NCBI GenBank assembly: GCA_965203295.1
Contig: CBDBCZ010000017.1
Coordinates: 928,001 to 992,000 of the forward strand
Direction of reading: 5' to 3'
DNA length: 64,000 bases
Origin: Nitrospirales bacterium
GTDB taxonomy: Bacteria > Nitrospirota > Nitrospiria > Nitrospirales > UBA8639
Shown piece by piece: positions 63,419 through 64,000 of this stretch. The translations under genes were made by a program, and so were the position numbers. The notes beneath the pieces were generated by a model. That model was given only the letters and a program-made list of their open reading frames with translations, was not told where the DNA came from and made no database searches. The first letter of the stretch is position 1, and each line of letters starts with the position of its first letter.

Positions 63419-63544
63419 CTGTGGGGGCGGGGTGTGGGTGTCAAGTGACAGTCACATGACGATCACATGACTGTGTATTTGGTCTCCCATAATTAGTGAG
63501 AGTTTCTGCTCTGTACTCAGTATTCAGTGGGAAGTGCAAGTCTT

Positions 63545-64000
63545 ATAAGTGGGCTTGTACTCAGGGGTAAGCTCTTATTCAGAATGGGCTTATAACCTTG
63601 GGGTGGGCTTATACTCTGGGGTGGGCTTAAATATACTCAAGGGTGGGCTTAATTTCGGGGGTTCATACTCAGGCCAAGGGGTGGGCTCATACTCAAGCCA
63701 AGGGGTGGGCTCATACTCAGGCCAAGGGGTGGGCTCATACTCAAGCCAAGGAGTGGGCTCATACTCAGGCCAAGGGGTGGGCTCATACTCAGGCCAAGGA
63801 GTGGGTTAATACTCAGGCCAAGGGGTGGGCTCATACTCAGGCCAAGGGGTGGGCTCATACTCAGGCCAAGGGGTGGGCTCATACTCAGAGCAAGGGGTGG
63901 GCTCTTATTCAGAATGGGCTTATAACCTTGGGGTGGGCTTATACTCTGGGGTGGGCTTAAATATACTTAAGGGTGAGCTTAATTTCGGGGGTTCATACTC
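63545..64000. repeat. 24-bp G-rich minisatellite (GGGTGGGCTCATACTCAGGCCAAG) with a higher-order repeat
   Basis: Directly visible. It is intronic to Syt-10 and continues to the window end. Confidence 0.92.

Noticed and set aside
63549..63960. Repetitive ORFs (GVGSYSGQ, GWAHTQAK, MSPPLGLS)
   Set aside because: Open frames of a 24-bp intronic minisatellite, with no independent coding evidence.

Overview
Eukaryotic, intron-containing, AT-rich animal DNA. The short palindromic repeats look like those of a non-bilaterian such as a sponge, but the taxon is my inference. The window is dominated by a head-to-tail tandem array of at least 10 synaptotagmin-like tandem-C2 (C2A-C2B) genes, all on the minus strand. 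I number them Syt-1 to Syt-10 from left to right. In copies 1-9 the N-terminus is a short cysteine cluster with no transmembrane helix, and the coding sequence has three exons: N-terminus+linker+C2A, a 115-nt exon, and the rest of C2B. Copy 1 has a 1-nt frameshift. Copy 8 is a chimera of copies 7 and 9 produced by a 7-8 kb tandem duplication. Copy 10 is divergent, has an extra intron and runs off the right end of the window. A two-exon CYP4-clan cytochrome P450 sits between copies 4 and 5. Spacers and introns carry MITEs, a 5'-truncated LINE, tRNA-derived SINE remnants, and mini- and microsatellites. The most notable unexplained signals are: differential loss of Ca2+-ligand aspartates across paralogs; an invariant GTA-TGA donor right after C2A in all ten genes; a conserved ~27-bp motif downstream of six paralogs; and an array of about 20 hairpin repeats with variable spacers at 57.2-58.1 kb. 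All exon boundaries were read by eye from GT/AG sites and frame continuity.
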